A stretch of 64,000 nt of DNA, taken from assembly GCA_030693425.1 (NCBI GenBank), contig JAUYAM010000005.1:12950-76949 (forward strand). Direction: 5' to 3'. Under the pieces are notes generated by a model. That model did not search any database, was not told the origin of the DNA, and saw only the letters and a list, made by a program, of their open reading frames with translations. Below, piece after piece: positions 57,452-64,000 of this stretch. Positions within the stretch are counted from its first letter, which is position 1, and every line of letters starts with the position of its first letter. The stretch comes from a bacterium (lineage in GTDB: Bacteria > Patescibacteriota > Minisyncoccia > Minisyncoccales > GWA2-46-15). The translations under genes and the position numbers were made by a program.

Positions 57452-59344
57452 ATGCTTTATTTTCCTATAGTCGTCTCGTTTTTCAGTTTGGTTTTCGTCT
57501 TTTTTCTGATCAGGCAAGTTCGGAAGATTTCTGCTAAAGCAGATCCAAAAGTTGGGTTTTTTCAGAACGTCTGGGAGGAAACTTTTCTGAAAAGAGAGTA
57601 TCGAATGATCGCCGTCGTCGCTCCCCTGTTTTTTTTAATTCTCTGGACGGCATTCGGTTTTAAATCCGGACTCGGTTTTTTAGTCGGAGTTTTGGCTGCG
57701 GTCATAGTCGGACTTTTGGGGAAAGCGGCTCTCTATGGCAGTGATTTTAGAGGAATAGAAACAGCGGGAAAATCCCTAAAAACCTCTTTCAAAAGCAGCT
57801 TGGCGCTCGGGCTTTCAGTCGTCGGCATCGGTCTTTTGGCTGTTTCGGTCTTTTGTTTTTTTACTCACGACTTAAAAGTTTTAGTTTCATTGTCTCTGGG
57901 AGGAAATCTGATTTCGGCTTTCGGCAGGATCATTTCAGGAATCTATTTCGGAACGGTCAGCATCAGAAAAGATCTGGCCGACAATCCCGAAAAAGAAACT
58001 CTTGAAGATAATCTTAAGAAGACCGGGGCCGGCAGCGGGATTAACAGATCTATTGCCGCGGCGGTGGATCTCTTTGGGACTTATGTTATTGTTCTGGTTT
58101 CGGCGGTGATTCTGGCTGAGACTTTATTTCCGGGAAATGCATCGCTGGCGTTTTTGCCGATTCTTCTGGCGGCGATAACGATTCTTGCCGCCGTCGTCGG
58201 CAGCTTTTTTGTCGGCTTTGGCGAAAACCGAGAGATAATCGGAACTTTTCACAAATGGCTGGGCGTGTCTATTCCAATAGCAGCCATCGGTTTTTATCTG
58301 GCGATCAGGAAAATTGATTTGCCGGCGTCTCTTCCGATTTCAGGAAGCGGGCTTTATCTTGCTTCGCTGGCCGGGTTGGCGGTTGCCGTCGGCATTTTCA
58401 TTGCCGCCATTTACTTTGCTTCGACAAAGCGGAAACCGGTGAAAACGGTCGCTTCGGCTTCACAAATCGGTCAGGACGCAAACATTATTGTAGGTTTAGC
58501 GGTCGGGATACAGTCAACGATTGCGCCGGCAGCCTTGGTTTTCTTAGGAGTTTTTCTTTCTTTCTTGGCAGCCGGGATTTACGGAGTTGCCCTGGCAGCC
58601 GCATCCGTGATTTCTTGGGCCGCAATCGCAGTTTCTATCAGCGTCTTTTGCCGCCTTAGAGATAATTTTGCGGGTTTTTCCGGAACTGCCGAGACTATTG
58701 AGGCTATGGCCGGGACTTATGCTGTTGTTTCAGCGAGTCTGGCTGCTCTAATTCTTTTTTTCGCCTTCAACCAGGAATTAATTTCTTCCGGGGCCAGATT
58801 TCAAATTTTTCTGGATGAGCCAAAAATTATTGCAGGGTTATTTTTAGGCAGTCTGCTTCCCTGCGCTTTTACTTTTTTACTCGTAAGCTTTATTGGCAGG
58901 ACGGCCGGCAAAGTTACAGATGAATTTAAGAATTTTTCTTACGAAACCAAAGAGCAGGAAAAGCCGGAATTTAGAAAGTTAGCAGAGGCGATTGCCACGG
59001 TTGTATTCAGGCAGGTGCCCGTTTTCGGCTTGTTGCCGGTTTTTCTCCCGGTCGCTGCCGGCCTTATCTTCGGCCCGTTGGTTTTAGCCGGGGTTTTGAT
59101 CGGCTGTCTTGTTGCCGGCCTGCTTCTGGCAATTTCTATGATTTTAGGAGGAGCCGTCTGGAATAATGCCAGAGGGTATATTGAGCAAGGCAATTACGGC
59201 GGCAAAGGAAGCCCAGCTTGCCAAGCGGCAATCACCGGCGCCGCCGCAGGCAATTTCTATAAAGATGCGGTCGGGCCGGCCTTGAGCTCAATGATCAAGA
59301 TTGTCAACATCGTCGCTCTGCTAATCGTTAACTTTTTGGTTTAG
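57452..59344 (+). CDS. divergent M-PPase paralogue lacking most catalytic acidic residues
   Basis: 630 aa and colinear with hppA (IYFASTKRKPVKTVASASQIGQDANIIVG versus [29 protein letters not shown]). The signature motifs read SGIYFGTVSIRKDLADN, GAVWNNARGYIE and GAAAGNFYKDAVGPA. Confidence 0.8.
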   Translation: MLYFPIVVSFFSLVFVFFLIRQVRKISAKADPKVGFFQNVWEETFLKREYRMIAVVAPLFFLILWTAFGFKSGLGFLVGVLAAVIVGLLGKAALYGSDFRGIETAGKSLKTSFKSSLALGLSVVGIGLLAVSVFCFFTHDLKVLVSLSLGGNLISAFGRIISGIYFGTVSIRKDLADNPEKETLEDNLKKTGAGSGINRSIAAAVDLFGTYVIVLVSAVILAETLFPGNASLAFLPILLAAITILAAVVGSFFVGFGENREIIGTFHKWLGVSIPIAAIGFYLAIRKIDLPASLPISGSGLYLASLAGLAVAVGIFIAAIYFASTKRKPVKTVASASQIGQDANIIVGLAVGIQSTIAPAALVFLGVFLSFLAAGIYGVALAAASVISWAAIAVSISVFCRLRDNFAGFSGTAETIEAMAGTYAVVSASLAALILFFAFNQELISSGARFQIFLDEPKIIAGLFLGSLLPCAFTFLLVSFIGRTAGKVTDEFKNFSYETKEQEKPEFRKLAEAIATVVFRQVPVFGLLPVFLPVAAGLIFGPLVLAGVLIGCLVAGLLLAISMILGGAVWNNARGYIEQGNYGGKGSPACQAAITGAAAGNFYKDAVGPALSSMIKIVNIVALLIVNFLV

Positions 59345-59393
59345 AGCATCCCACGGCCTTTACTAAAAGGCAAATTTTTGCTATATTGTTTTT

Positions 59394-59978
59394 ATGAATC
59401 TCATTCCAACCGTAATTGAAAAATCTCAATTTGGCGAAAGAGCCTATGACATCTATTCAAGGCTTTTAAAAGAAAGGATTATATTTTTAGTCGGGCCGAT
59501 CAGCGACGTTTTGGCAAATTCAATCATTGCCCAAATGTTATTTTTGGATTCCAAAGACTCGGGTAAGGACATTCAGCTTTACATCAATACCCCGGGAGGA
59601 TCGGTGACAGCTGGCTTGGCGATCTATGACACCATTCAGTATATAAAAGCCGATGTCTCGACTGTCTGTCTCGGGATAGCGGCTTCGATGGGAGCAACCT
59701 TGCTGGCGGCGGGAAAGAAAGGCAAAAGATTTGCCCTTCCCAACTGCGAAATCCTGCTGCATCAGGTAGCCGGCGGGGTCAGCGGCCAAGCTGTTGAAAT
59801 TGAGATAACCGCCAGGCAGATTCTTAAGATAAGGGAAAAGCTGAATGAGATTCTATCAAAACATACCGGTCAGCCGTTGGCGAAGATTGAGAAAGACACC
59901 GATCGCGATTTTTATCTTTCCGCCGAAGAGGCGCAAACCTACGGTTTGATCGATAAAGTCATTAAAACCAAGGTTTAA
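59394..59978 (+). CDS. clpP: ATP-dependent Clp protease proteolytic subunit
   Basis: 194 aa. [19 protein letters not shown], catalytic [14 protein letters not shown]. Confidence 0.95.
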   Translation: MNLIPTVIEKSQFGERAYDIYSRLLKERIIFLVGPISDVLANSIIAQMLFLDSKDSGKDIQLYINTPGGSVTAGLAIYDTIQYIKADVSTVCLGIAASMGATLLAAGKKGKRFALPNCEILLHQVAGGVSGQAVEIEITARQILKIREKLNEILSKHTGQPLAKIEKDTDRDFYLSAEEAQTYGLIDKVIKTKV

Positions 59979-60021
59979 AAAGCAAACCAGTTTGGTGCAG
60001 CAGACTTAGGTTGCCCAAAAT

Positions 60022-61551
60022 ATGGAACAATTACTCTATATTATTGTCGCGGCTTTGGCTTTAGCCGCAGGCGCGGTCTTGGGGTATTTCGCCCGCCAGT
60101 CGATCGCCAAGAGGAAACTCGGCACCATCGAGGAGAAACTCGGCAAGATGATTTCCCAGGCAAAGGCCGAGGCGGAAACGATCCTGGCCGAATCCAGAGT
60201 TAAAGCTCAAAAGCTGCTCGAGACGACCCAGAAAGAAACGGAAACCCGCCACCAGCAGATCTTTAGGGCGGAAGGCCTGCTTTTGAAAAGAGAAAATCTT
60301 TTGGAAGAAAGAATAGACCAGATCGAGGAGCGCGAACAAGACTTCATCGAAAAGGTGGAAAAGCTGAAGGCGGTGAAAAAGAGCATCGAAGAATTGGAAG
60401 CCAAGACAAAAGCCGAACTGGAAAGAGTCGCTGGCCTTTCGGGCGCAGAAGCCAAAGAAGAGCTGTTGAAAAAAGTGGAAGCCGAGTCTCAGCGGGAAAT
60501 TCTCGAGAGAATGAGAAAGCTCGAGGAGAACGGCCGCGACCAGTTCGAAAAGAAGGCCAAGGAGATTCTGGCTGTGGCTATCCAAAAACAGGCTCTTTCC
60601 CAGGTCCAGGAGATTACGACAACCACGGTTGCCCTTCCCAACGACGAACTCAAAGGCAGAATTATCGGCAAGGAAGGAAGGAATATCAGAACCCTGGAAA
60701 AGCTGACCGGAGTCGAGGTGATCATTGACGAAACTCCTCAAGTTCTGGTCATTTCCGGGTTTGATCCGGTCCGCCGACAGATCGCCAAGACCGCTCTTGA
60801 AAAGCTGATTCAAGACGGAAGAATCCAGCCGGCCAGAATAGAGGATGAAGTCGCCAGAGCAGAATCTGAAATTTCCAAGCAAGTTAGGGACGCCGGAGAA
60901 GCCGCCATTTACGAAGTCGGCATCGTCGGCCTAGACCCGAAATTAGTTCAGCTTTTGGGCAGGTTAAAGTTCAGAACCAGTTACGGCCAGAACGTCCTTT
61001 TGCACTCGATCGAAGTTTCTCATTTGGCAACCGCTTTGGCTGATGAAGTCGGAGCCAACGCCCAGGTAGCCAAAAAGGCCGGCCTTTTGCACGATATCGG
61101 CAAAGCAGTCGACCAGCAGATTGAAGGTTCTCACGTCGATATCGGCGTCAAGATTTTGGAGAAGTTTGGCGCCGAAAAAGAAGTGATTTCAGCCATGAAA
61201 TCCCACCACGAAGATTATCCCTACGAAAATCTGGAAGCCTTATTGGTCCAGGCGGCAGACCAGATTTCCGGAGCCAGGCCCGGAGCCAGGAAAGATACGG
61301 CCGAAAATTACTTAAAGAGATTAGGGGATTTAGAAAAGATCGCCACCAGTTTTCCCGGAGTTGAAAAAGCTTGGGCTTTGCAAGCCGGAAGAGAAATCAG
61401 GGTTTTTGTCAAGCCGGAAGAAATTGACGATCTGACCGCCAAAAAAATGGCCAAAGAAATCGCCCAAAGGATCCAGGAAGAATTAAGGTATCCCGGGGAA
61501 ATAAAAGTCAGCTTAATCAGGGAATTAAGAATAGTTGAACACGCCAGGTAG
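60022..61551 (+). CDS. rny: ribonuclease Y
   Basis: 509 aa. N-terminal TM, coiled coil, KH (GRIIGKEGRNIRTLE), HD (HSIEVSHLA..LLHDIGK). Confidence 0.95.
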   Translation: MEQLLYIIVAALALAAGAVLGYFARQSIAKRKLGTIEEKLGKMISQAKAEAETILAESRVKAQKLLETTQKETETRHQQIFRAEGLLLKRENLLEERIDQIEEREQDFIEKVEKLKAVKKSIEELEAKTKAELERVAGLSGAEAKEELLKKVEAESQREILERMRKLEENGRDQFEKKAKEILAVAIQKQALSQVQEITTTTVALPNDELKGRIIGKEGRNIRTLEKLTGVEVIIDETPQVLVISGFDPVRRQIAKTALEKLIQDGRIQPARIEDEVARAESEISKQVRDAGEAAIYEVGIVGLDPKLVQLLGRLKFRTSYGQNVLLHSIEVSHLATALADEVGANAQVAKKAGLLHDIGKAVDQQIEGSHVDIGVKILEKFGAEKEVISAMKSHHEDYPYENLEALLVQAADQISGARPGARKDTAENYLKRLGDLEKIATSFPGVEKAWALQAGREIRVFVKPEEIDDLTAKKMAKEIAQRIQEELRYPGEIKVSLIRELRIVEHAR

Positions 61552-61552
61552 T

Positions 61553-61654
61553 ATGTTAAAAAATCTTTTAGGCAACAAAAAAACAGCCTATATATTGGCC
61601 GCGATTGCTTCGGTCCTGGTTGTCATTGCTGTCTGGTATTTATTCGGCAGATAA
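61553..61654 (+). CDS. possible 33-aa single-TM micro-protein
   Basis: MLKNLLGNKKTAYILAAIASVLVVIAVWYLFGR. Starts 2 nt after the rny stop and is followed by a strong terminator. Confidence 0.3.
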   Translation: MLKNLLGNKKTAYILAAIASVLVVIAVWYLFGR

Positions 61655-61676
61655 GTTTTGTTTTTGAAAAAAACAA

Positions 61677-61707
61677 AAAGCAGCTTCTTTTGAAAGCTGC
61701 TTTTTGC
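61677..61707 (+). terminator. rho-independent terminator
   Basis: AAAGCAGCTT-cttttga-AAGCTGCTTT: a 10-bp stem running into TTTTT. Confidence 0.8.
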
Positions 61708-61890
61708 ATCAGCGAAGCTGAGTTCAAGAAGCTAACGCAATAATCAAATCTAGTTTAAGATGATAGACATGAACAAAACATACAAGAGTTTAGCTCTAAT
61801 ATTTAACTCCTGGGGTTGCAATGGATACTTAGAAAGATTCAACCAAATTCTCCAAGAAGAATGCCTTTCTCGATTTACAGGACATTTATA

Positions 61891-61947
61891 GGACATGCGA
61901 TGTCCAATATTTCCACTTATTTTACCTCAGTCAGACATGCGATGTCC
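61891..61947. promoter_or_regulatory. pair of GGACAT-GCG-ATGTCC operator-like palindromes
   Basis: GGACATGCGATGTCC (61891-61905) and AGACATGCGATGTCC (61933-61947), 42 bp apart and 55-110 bp upstream of a TTGACA box. Confidence 0.45.
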
Positions 61948-62000
61948 GATTTACCAGATTTGATCGTTGCATTGGAAACTTGAATCCAACGAAGAACTAG

Positions 62001-62029
62001 TTGACATTTCTTTTGGGTTAAGATATTTG
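62001..62029 (+). promoter_or_regulatory. sigma70-like promoter candidate
   Basis: Perfect -35 TTGACA (62001-62006). Weak -10 candidates (GATATT/TATTTG) lie 15-17 nt downstream. The gene at 62093 carries a strong GGAAGGAGG SD. Confidence 0.35.
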
Positions 62030-62092
62030 TAAACATAGAAGAACCTTTAACAGTTCTCAGAACAAACAGATACAGAAAGGAAGGAGGAAGAA

Positions 62093-62974
62093 ATGGCTCT
62101 GAAGAAAGGGTTGCTCGCCATTCGAGCAGCTTGGCTGTGGGAGTGGCAGGAAAAAGGAATTCTCGAGGTAGCCTCCCTTTTCGGAACAAGAGTGCTTATT
62201 GTTGCCGAGAATGCCCGCCTAAGAAGGACCTGTTATCAAAAAGGAGGTAAAGTCTCAACTCGCTACTGGCTTGGAAAGGGAACCATTCTTGTTCCTCGGT
62301 GGGATCCATTGAAATTTCATTATGATCTTGTTGCCGACAAGAGAGTAGAAATCATGAGCCCCGAAGAACAAAGGGAAAGAGGTTTTTATCGCCTAGACAA
62401 TGGAGACCTCTTAGTGCTTATCTATCAGCACCTTGAGGATGCGCTGCACTTTCAGCGTCAGCAATGGCACATATTGCTTGAAAGTTATCCTCAAGAACTC
62501 CAAGGGATTTCCAACAATCTCGCCAAAATCGAAGAAAGGGCGTTGGAACACAGTGGCGATAGACTCAGCGGTTTGGGATACGATTATCGGCGTCGAAGAG
62601 AAGAAATCCACCGCATCATTACACGCTTAGCAGGGAGAGAAAAAGCAGCGGCAATTCTCTTGAAAGTTCTCAACGAAGAGATTGCCCTTGCTCAGAAAAG
62701 TCTCCTTTTTGCCCTTTCCAGCCAGCCGGTAAAAGATTTACTGAAAGGCATTTCAGTAAACGACCAAGGATTGAGGGCTTATCTGGTTAGAGTTTATCTG
62801 AATCTTAGCCAGATGAGGGTTCGACCGGTGGTGAAATCGCTTGCCCGGGCACAGTCAAATTTACGAGCAGCTCTGGGGAGTCTCGCTGTCGGGGAAGCAA
62901 GCAGGATGGTTCATTGCATAAAACTGGCGATCAAAAATTTAGAGGAGGCGAAAAAAAACCTTCAACAGTCGTAA
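62093..62974 (+). CDS. hypothetical helical protein, unknown family
   Basis: 293-aa ORF with a strong Shine-Dalgarno (AGGAGG 7 nt upstream) and a hairpin terminator downstream. No motif recognised. Confidence 0.6.
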   Translation: MALKKGLLAIRAAWLWEWQEKGILEVASLFGTRVLIVAENARLRRTCYQKGGKVSTRYWLGKGTILVPRWDPLKFHYDLVADKRVEIMSPEEQRERGFYRLDNGDLLVLIYQHLEDALHFQRQQWHILLESYPQELQGISNNLAKIEERALEHSGDRLSGLGYDYRRRREEIHRIITRLAGREKAAAILLKVLNEEIALAQKSLLFALSSQPVKDLLKGISVNDQGLRAYLVRVYLNLSQMRVRPVVKSLARAQSNLRAALGSLAVGEASRMVHCIKLAIKNLEEAKKNLQQS

Positions 62975-62994
62975 GGTTCACAATTCCTAAACAG

Positions 62995-63031
62995 TTGGGT
63001 TATCCTAAACAAGATAACCCAATTTGTTTTT
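62995..63031 (+). terminator. rho-independent terminator
   Basis: TTGGGTTATC-ctaaacaa-GATAACCCAA followed by TTTGTTTTT, 20 nt after the stop codon. Confidence 0.8.
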
Positions 63032-63041
63032 ATGACAAAAT

Positions 63042-63075
63042 GAAGCTCCCTGCGGCGAGACCGCAGGGTATCTTC
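63042..63075. ncRNA. hairpin alpha (CCCTGCGG-CGAGA-CCGCAGGG core)
   Basis: GAAG-ct-CCCTGCGG-cgaga-CCGCAGGG-tat-CTTC. Confidence 0.4.
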
Positions 63076-63102
63076 TCTCCCAATGTATTTTTATTATTAA
63101 TT

Positions 63103-63147
63103 GCCGCTTTTCATCCCCGCGGCAAGACCACGGGGTATTCAAGCGGC
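63103..63147. ncRNA. hairpin beta (CCCCGCGG-CAAGA-CCACGGGG core)
   Basis: GCCGCTT-ttcat-CCCCGCGG-caaga-CCACGGGG-tattc-AAGCGGC. One T-A to C-G compensatory change relative to alpha. Confidence 0.4.
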
Positions 63148-63240
63148 TTTGAGATAAAGAAAACACGGATTCATCCGCAGGGACTCTGTTTTAAGCAAAT
63201 TTTAATGAAGAAAAACAAACGAGAAAAAAGCGTTTTGAGG

Positions 63241-63282
63241 GTTGACGTCTTAAAACTGCTATAGCAATGATAAGTCGTCAAC
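63241..63282. ncRNA. hairpin with conserved loop ACTGCTATAGCAATGA
   Basis: GTTGACGTCTTA-aaactgctatagcaatga-TAAGTCGTCAAC: a 12-bp stem with 1 mismatch. Confidence 0.45.
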
Positions 63283-63309
63283 GAGAACGGGGTGTAACAT
63301 TAGCCAACA

Positions 63310-63326
63310 TTGACGACTATCGTCAA
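63310..63326. promoter_or_regulatory. palindrome TTGACGA-CTA-TCGTCAA
   Basis: Perfect 7-3-7 inverted repeat, flanked by CA..CG like the copies at 63663 and 63690. Confidence 0.45.
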
Positions 63327-63339
63327 CGAAAGGGAAGTG

Positions 63340-63377
63340 CAACATTTAGAACAGACGGTCGTCTCTCTTAAATGTTG
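63340..63377. ncRNA. nested hairpin CAACATTTA...AGACG-gt-CGTCT...TAAATGTTG
   Basis: A 9-bp outer stem and a 5-bp inner stem, read directly from the sequence. Confidence 0.4.
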
Positions 63378-63604
63378 TAGTAAGTTTTTCTTAGGCGGCT
63401 GCCGGCTTTGCGGTTGACGCCGGATTTGTCCTGGTTTGAGATGTAAGACACTTGCCGCTTTGAAAAAGTCAGGTATAAGACAGGCGCTTGACTCGGGTGC
63501 TTAACCTGGTTAAGCAACCGGCAAGAAAATGAAAAATAGTCAATAGAAATTAGTGATTATTTTCTATTTTCCAATTTCCATAACTATTTTCCAAGTTCAC
63601 CGCC

Positions 63605-63640
63605 CCGTAGAATTACTGCGATAGCAATGATTCTACGGGA
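63605..63640. ncRNA. hairpin with conserved loop ACTGCGATAGCAATG
   Basis: CCCGTAGAAT-tactgcgatagcaatg-ATTCTACGGG: a perfect 10-bp stem. The loop is ~15/16 identical to the 63253-63270 loop, while the stem sequence is unrelated. Confidence 0.45.
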
Positions 63641-63662
63641 CAACAATGTAAAATAAGTCCAT

Positions 63663-63706
63663 TGATGACTGTCGTCAATTCTAGTTCATTGATGACTGTC
63701 GTCAAC
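63663..63706. promoter_or_regulatory. two tandem palindromes TTGATGA-CTG-TCGTCAA
   Basis: Identical 17-mers at 63663-63679 and 63690-63706 (27-bp spacing), each preceded by CA. Confidence 0.5.
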
Positions 63707-63715
63707 GAAGCTGAT

Positions 63716-64000
63716 TTACTTTCCTCCCGGTTTTCCTCCTGGCTTTGTTGGAGAAGCATTGAAATAATTAATCAATCCTATATAGAGAGCATCGGCTTCT
63801 TGATTTACTCTATCTCCATTAAGAACGAATTTAGCAGATCCGTCAGAATTAGAACAAACTTGGGTTGATGTTCCGTTTAGATATTGTTGAGCCTCCCAGT
63901 CATTGGTGATGTAATAAGCTTCAGTTAAAGCAGAAACCAAATGGCCATAAACCGTCATTCCGTAACCGCCGTTGTCTAAACCTTCGTCTTTATAAACATT
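63716..64000 (-). CDS. C-terminal part of a hypothetical (probably secreted) protein; gene continues beyond the window
   Basis: The frame is open from the window edge to stop 63716, ending ...ASPTKPGGKPGGK. No family recognised. Confidence 0.45.
   Translation of the reverse strand, partial: NVYKDEGLDNGGYGMTVYGHLVSALTEAYYITNDWEAQQYLNGTSTQVCSNSDGSAKFVLNGDRVNQEADALYIGLINYFNASPTKPGGKPGGK

Noticed and set aside
60061-60882. 273-aa ORF antisense to rny. Similar long antisense or shadow ORFs: 52728..53198, 49678..50283, 15828..16460, 19810..20316, 33712..34224, 27882..28379, 1804..2241.
   Set aside because: Each lies entirely within, and opposite to, a gene with unmistakable conserved motifs, or reads through tRNA sequence. 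The sequences are low-complexity with no recognisable domains.
63042-63185. Possible degenerate mini-CRISPR array (palindromic GC-rich repeats ~60-67 nt apart)
   Set aside because: There are only 2-3 units. They are ~80% rather than ~100% identical, the spacing is irregular (67 and 60 nt), and no cas genes or leader are in the window. I report them as structured repeats instead.
62914-63264. 116-aa ORF spanning the terminator and the GC-rich hairpins
   Set aside because: It overlaps the 3' end and terminator of 62093..62974. Its peptides (LPAARPQG, HPRGKTTG) are just translations of the hairpin repeats.
1-64000. Prophage, transposon/IS, integron or rRNA operon
   Set aside because: I found no integrase, transposase, recombinase, capsid/terminase-like or rRNA-like sequence in any frame. 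The mobile-looking features are all small non-autonomous repeats.

Overview
This 64-kb window is chromosomal DNA that I infer comes from a small-genome, Patescibacteria/CPR-like bacterium. The clues are a short YidC, AT-rich start regions without Shine-Dalgarno sequences, pilin-like and T4SS-like genes, and repeat elements inserted in-frame in housekeeping genes. Nothing was searched against a database; every call rests on motifs read by eye.

It covers the replication-origin neighbourhood (dnaN-dnaA, a candidate oriC with DnaA boxes, then rpmH-rnpA-yidC-jag). Densely packed core genes surround it: murE-like, uvrB, rpsT, holA, ruvC, yebC, PBP1A, ksgA, pnp, rpsO, miaB, cca, uppS, nusA, hppA, clpP and rny. 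Four tRNAs are present: Lys-CUU, Arg-UCG, Pro-CGG and Ala-CGC. I found no rRNA, no convincing CRISPR array, no integrase and no transposase.

Things worth a second look:
1. A 12.5-kb single-strand operon (22585-35042) encodes a minimal Gram-positive-style type IV secretion/pilus-like apparatus. It has a VirB4-like ATPase, a PrgI/VirB3-like protein, a giant VirB6-like membrane protein and two wall hydrolases. Pilin-like modules are fused to large extracellular domains. No relaxase or coupling protein is visible.
2. A family of nested-hairpin elements with conserved 8-nt connectors and covarying stems abuts the 5' ends of three tRNA genes.
3. Insertions flanked by heptanucleotide repeats and carrying GC-rich hairpin cores sit in-frame inside murE, ksgA, cca and uppS.
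4. tRNA-derived fragment repeats bracket single genes (aldehyde dehydrogenase, uppS).
5. A canonical membrane pyrophosphatase is followed directly by a paralogue that has lost most catalytic aspartates.
6. MurE is fused to an archease domain.
7. A lamin-tail-domain gene is interrupted by one in-frame TGA.
8. The right end (61.7-64 kb) looks foreign. It has a strong SD/TTGACA-driven unknown gene followed by about 740 bp of ORF-poor DNA packed with operator-like palindromes and hairpins with conserved loops.
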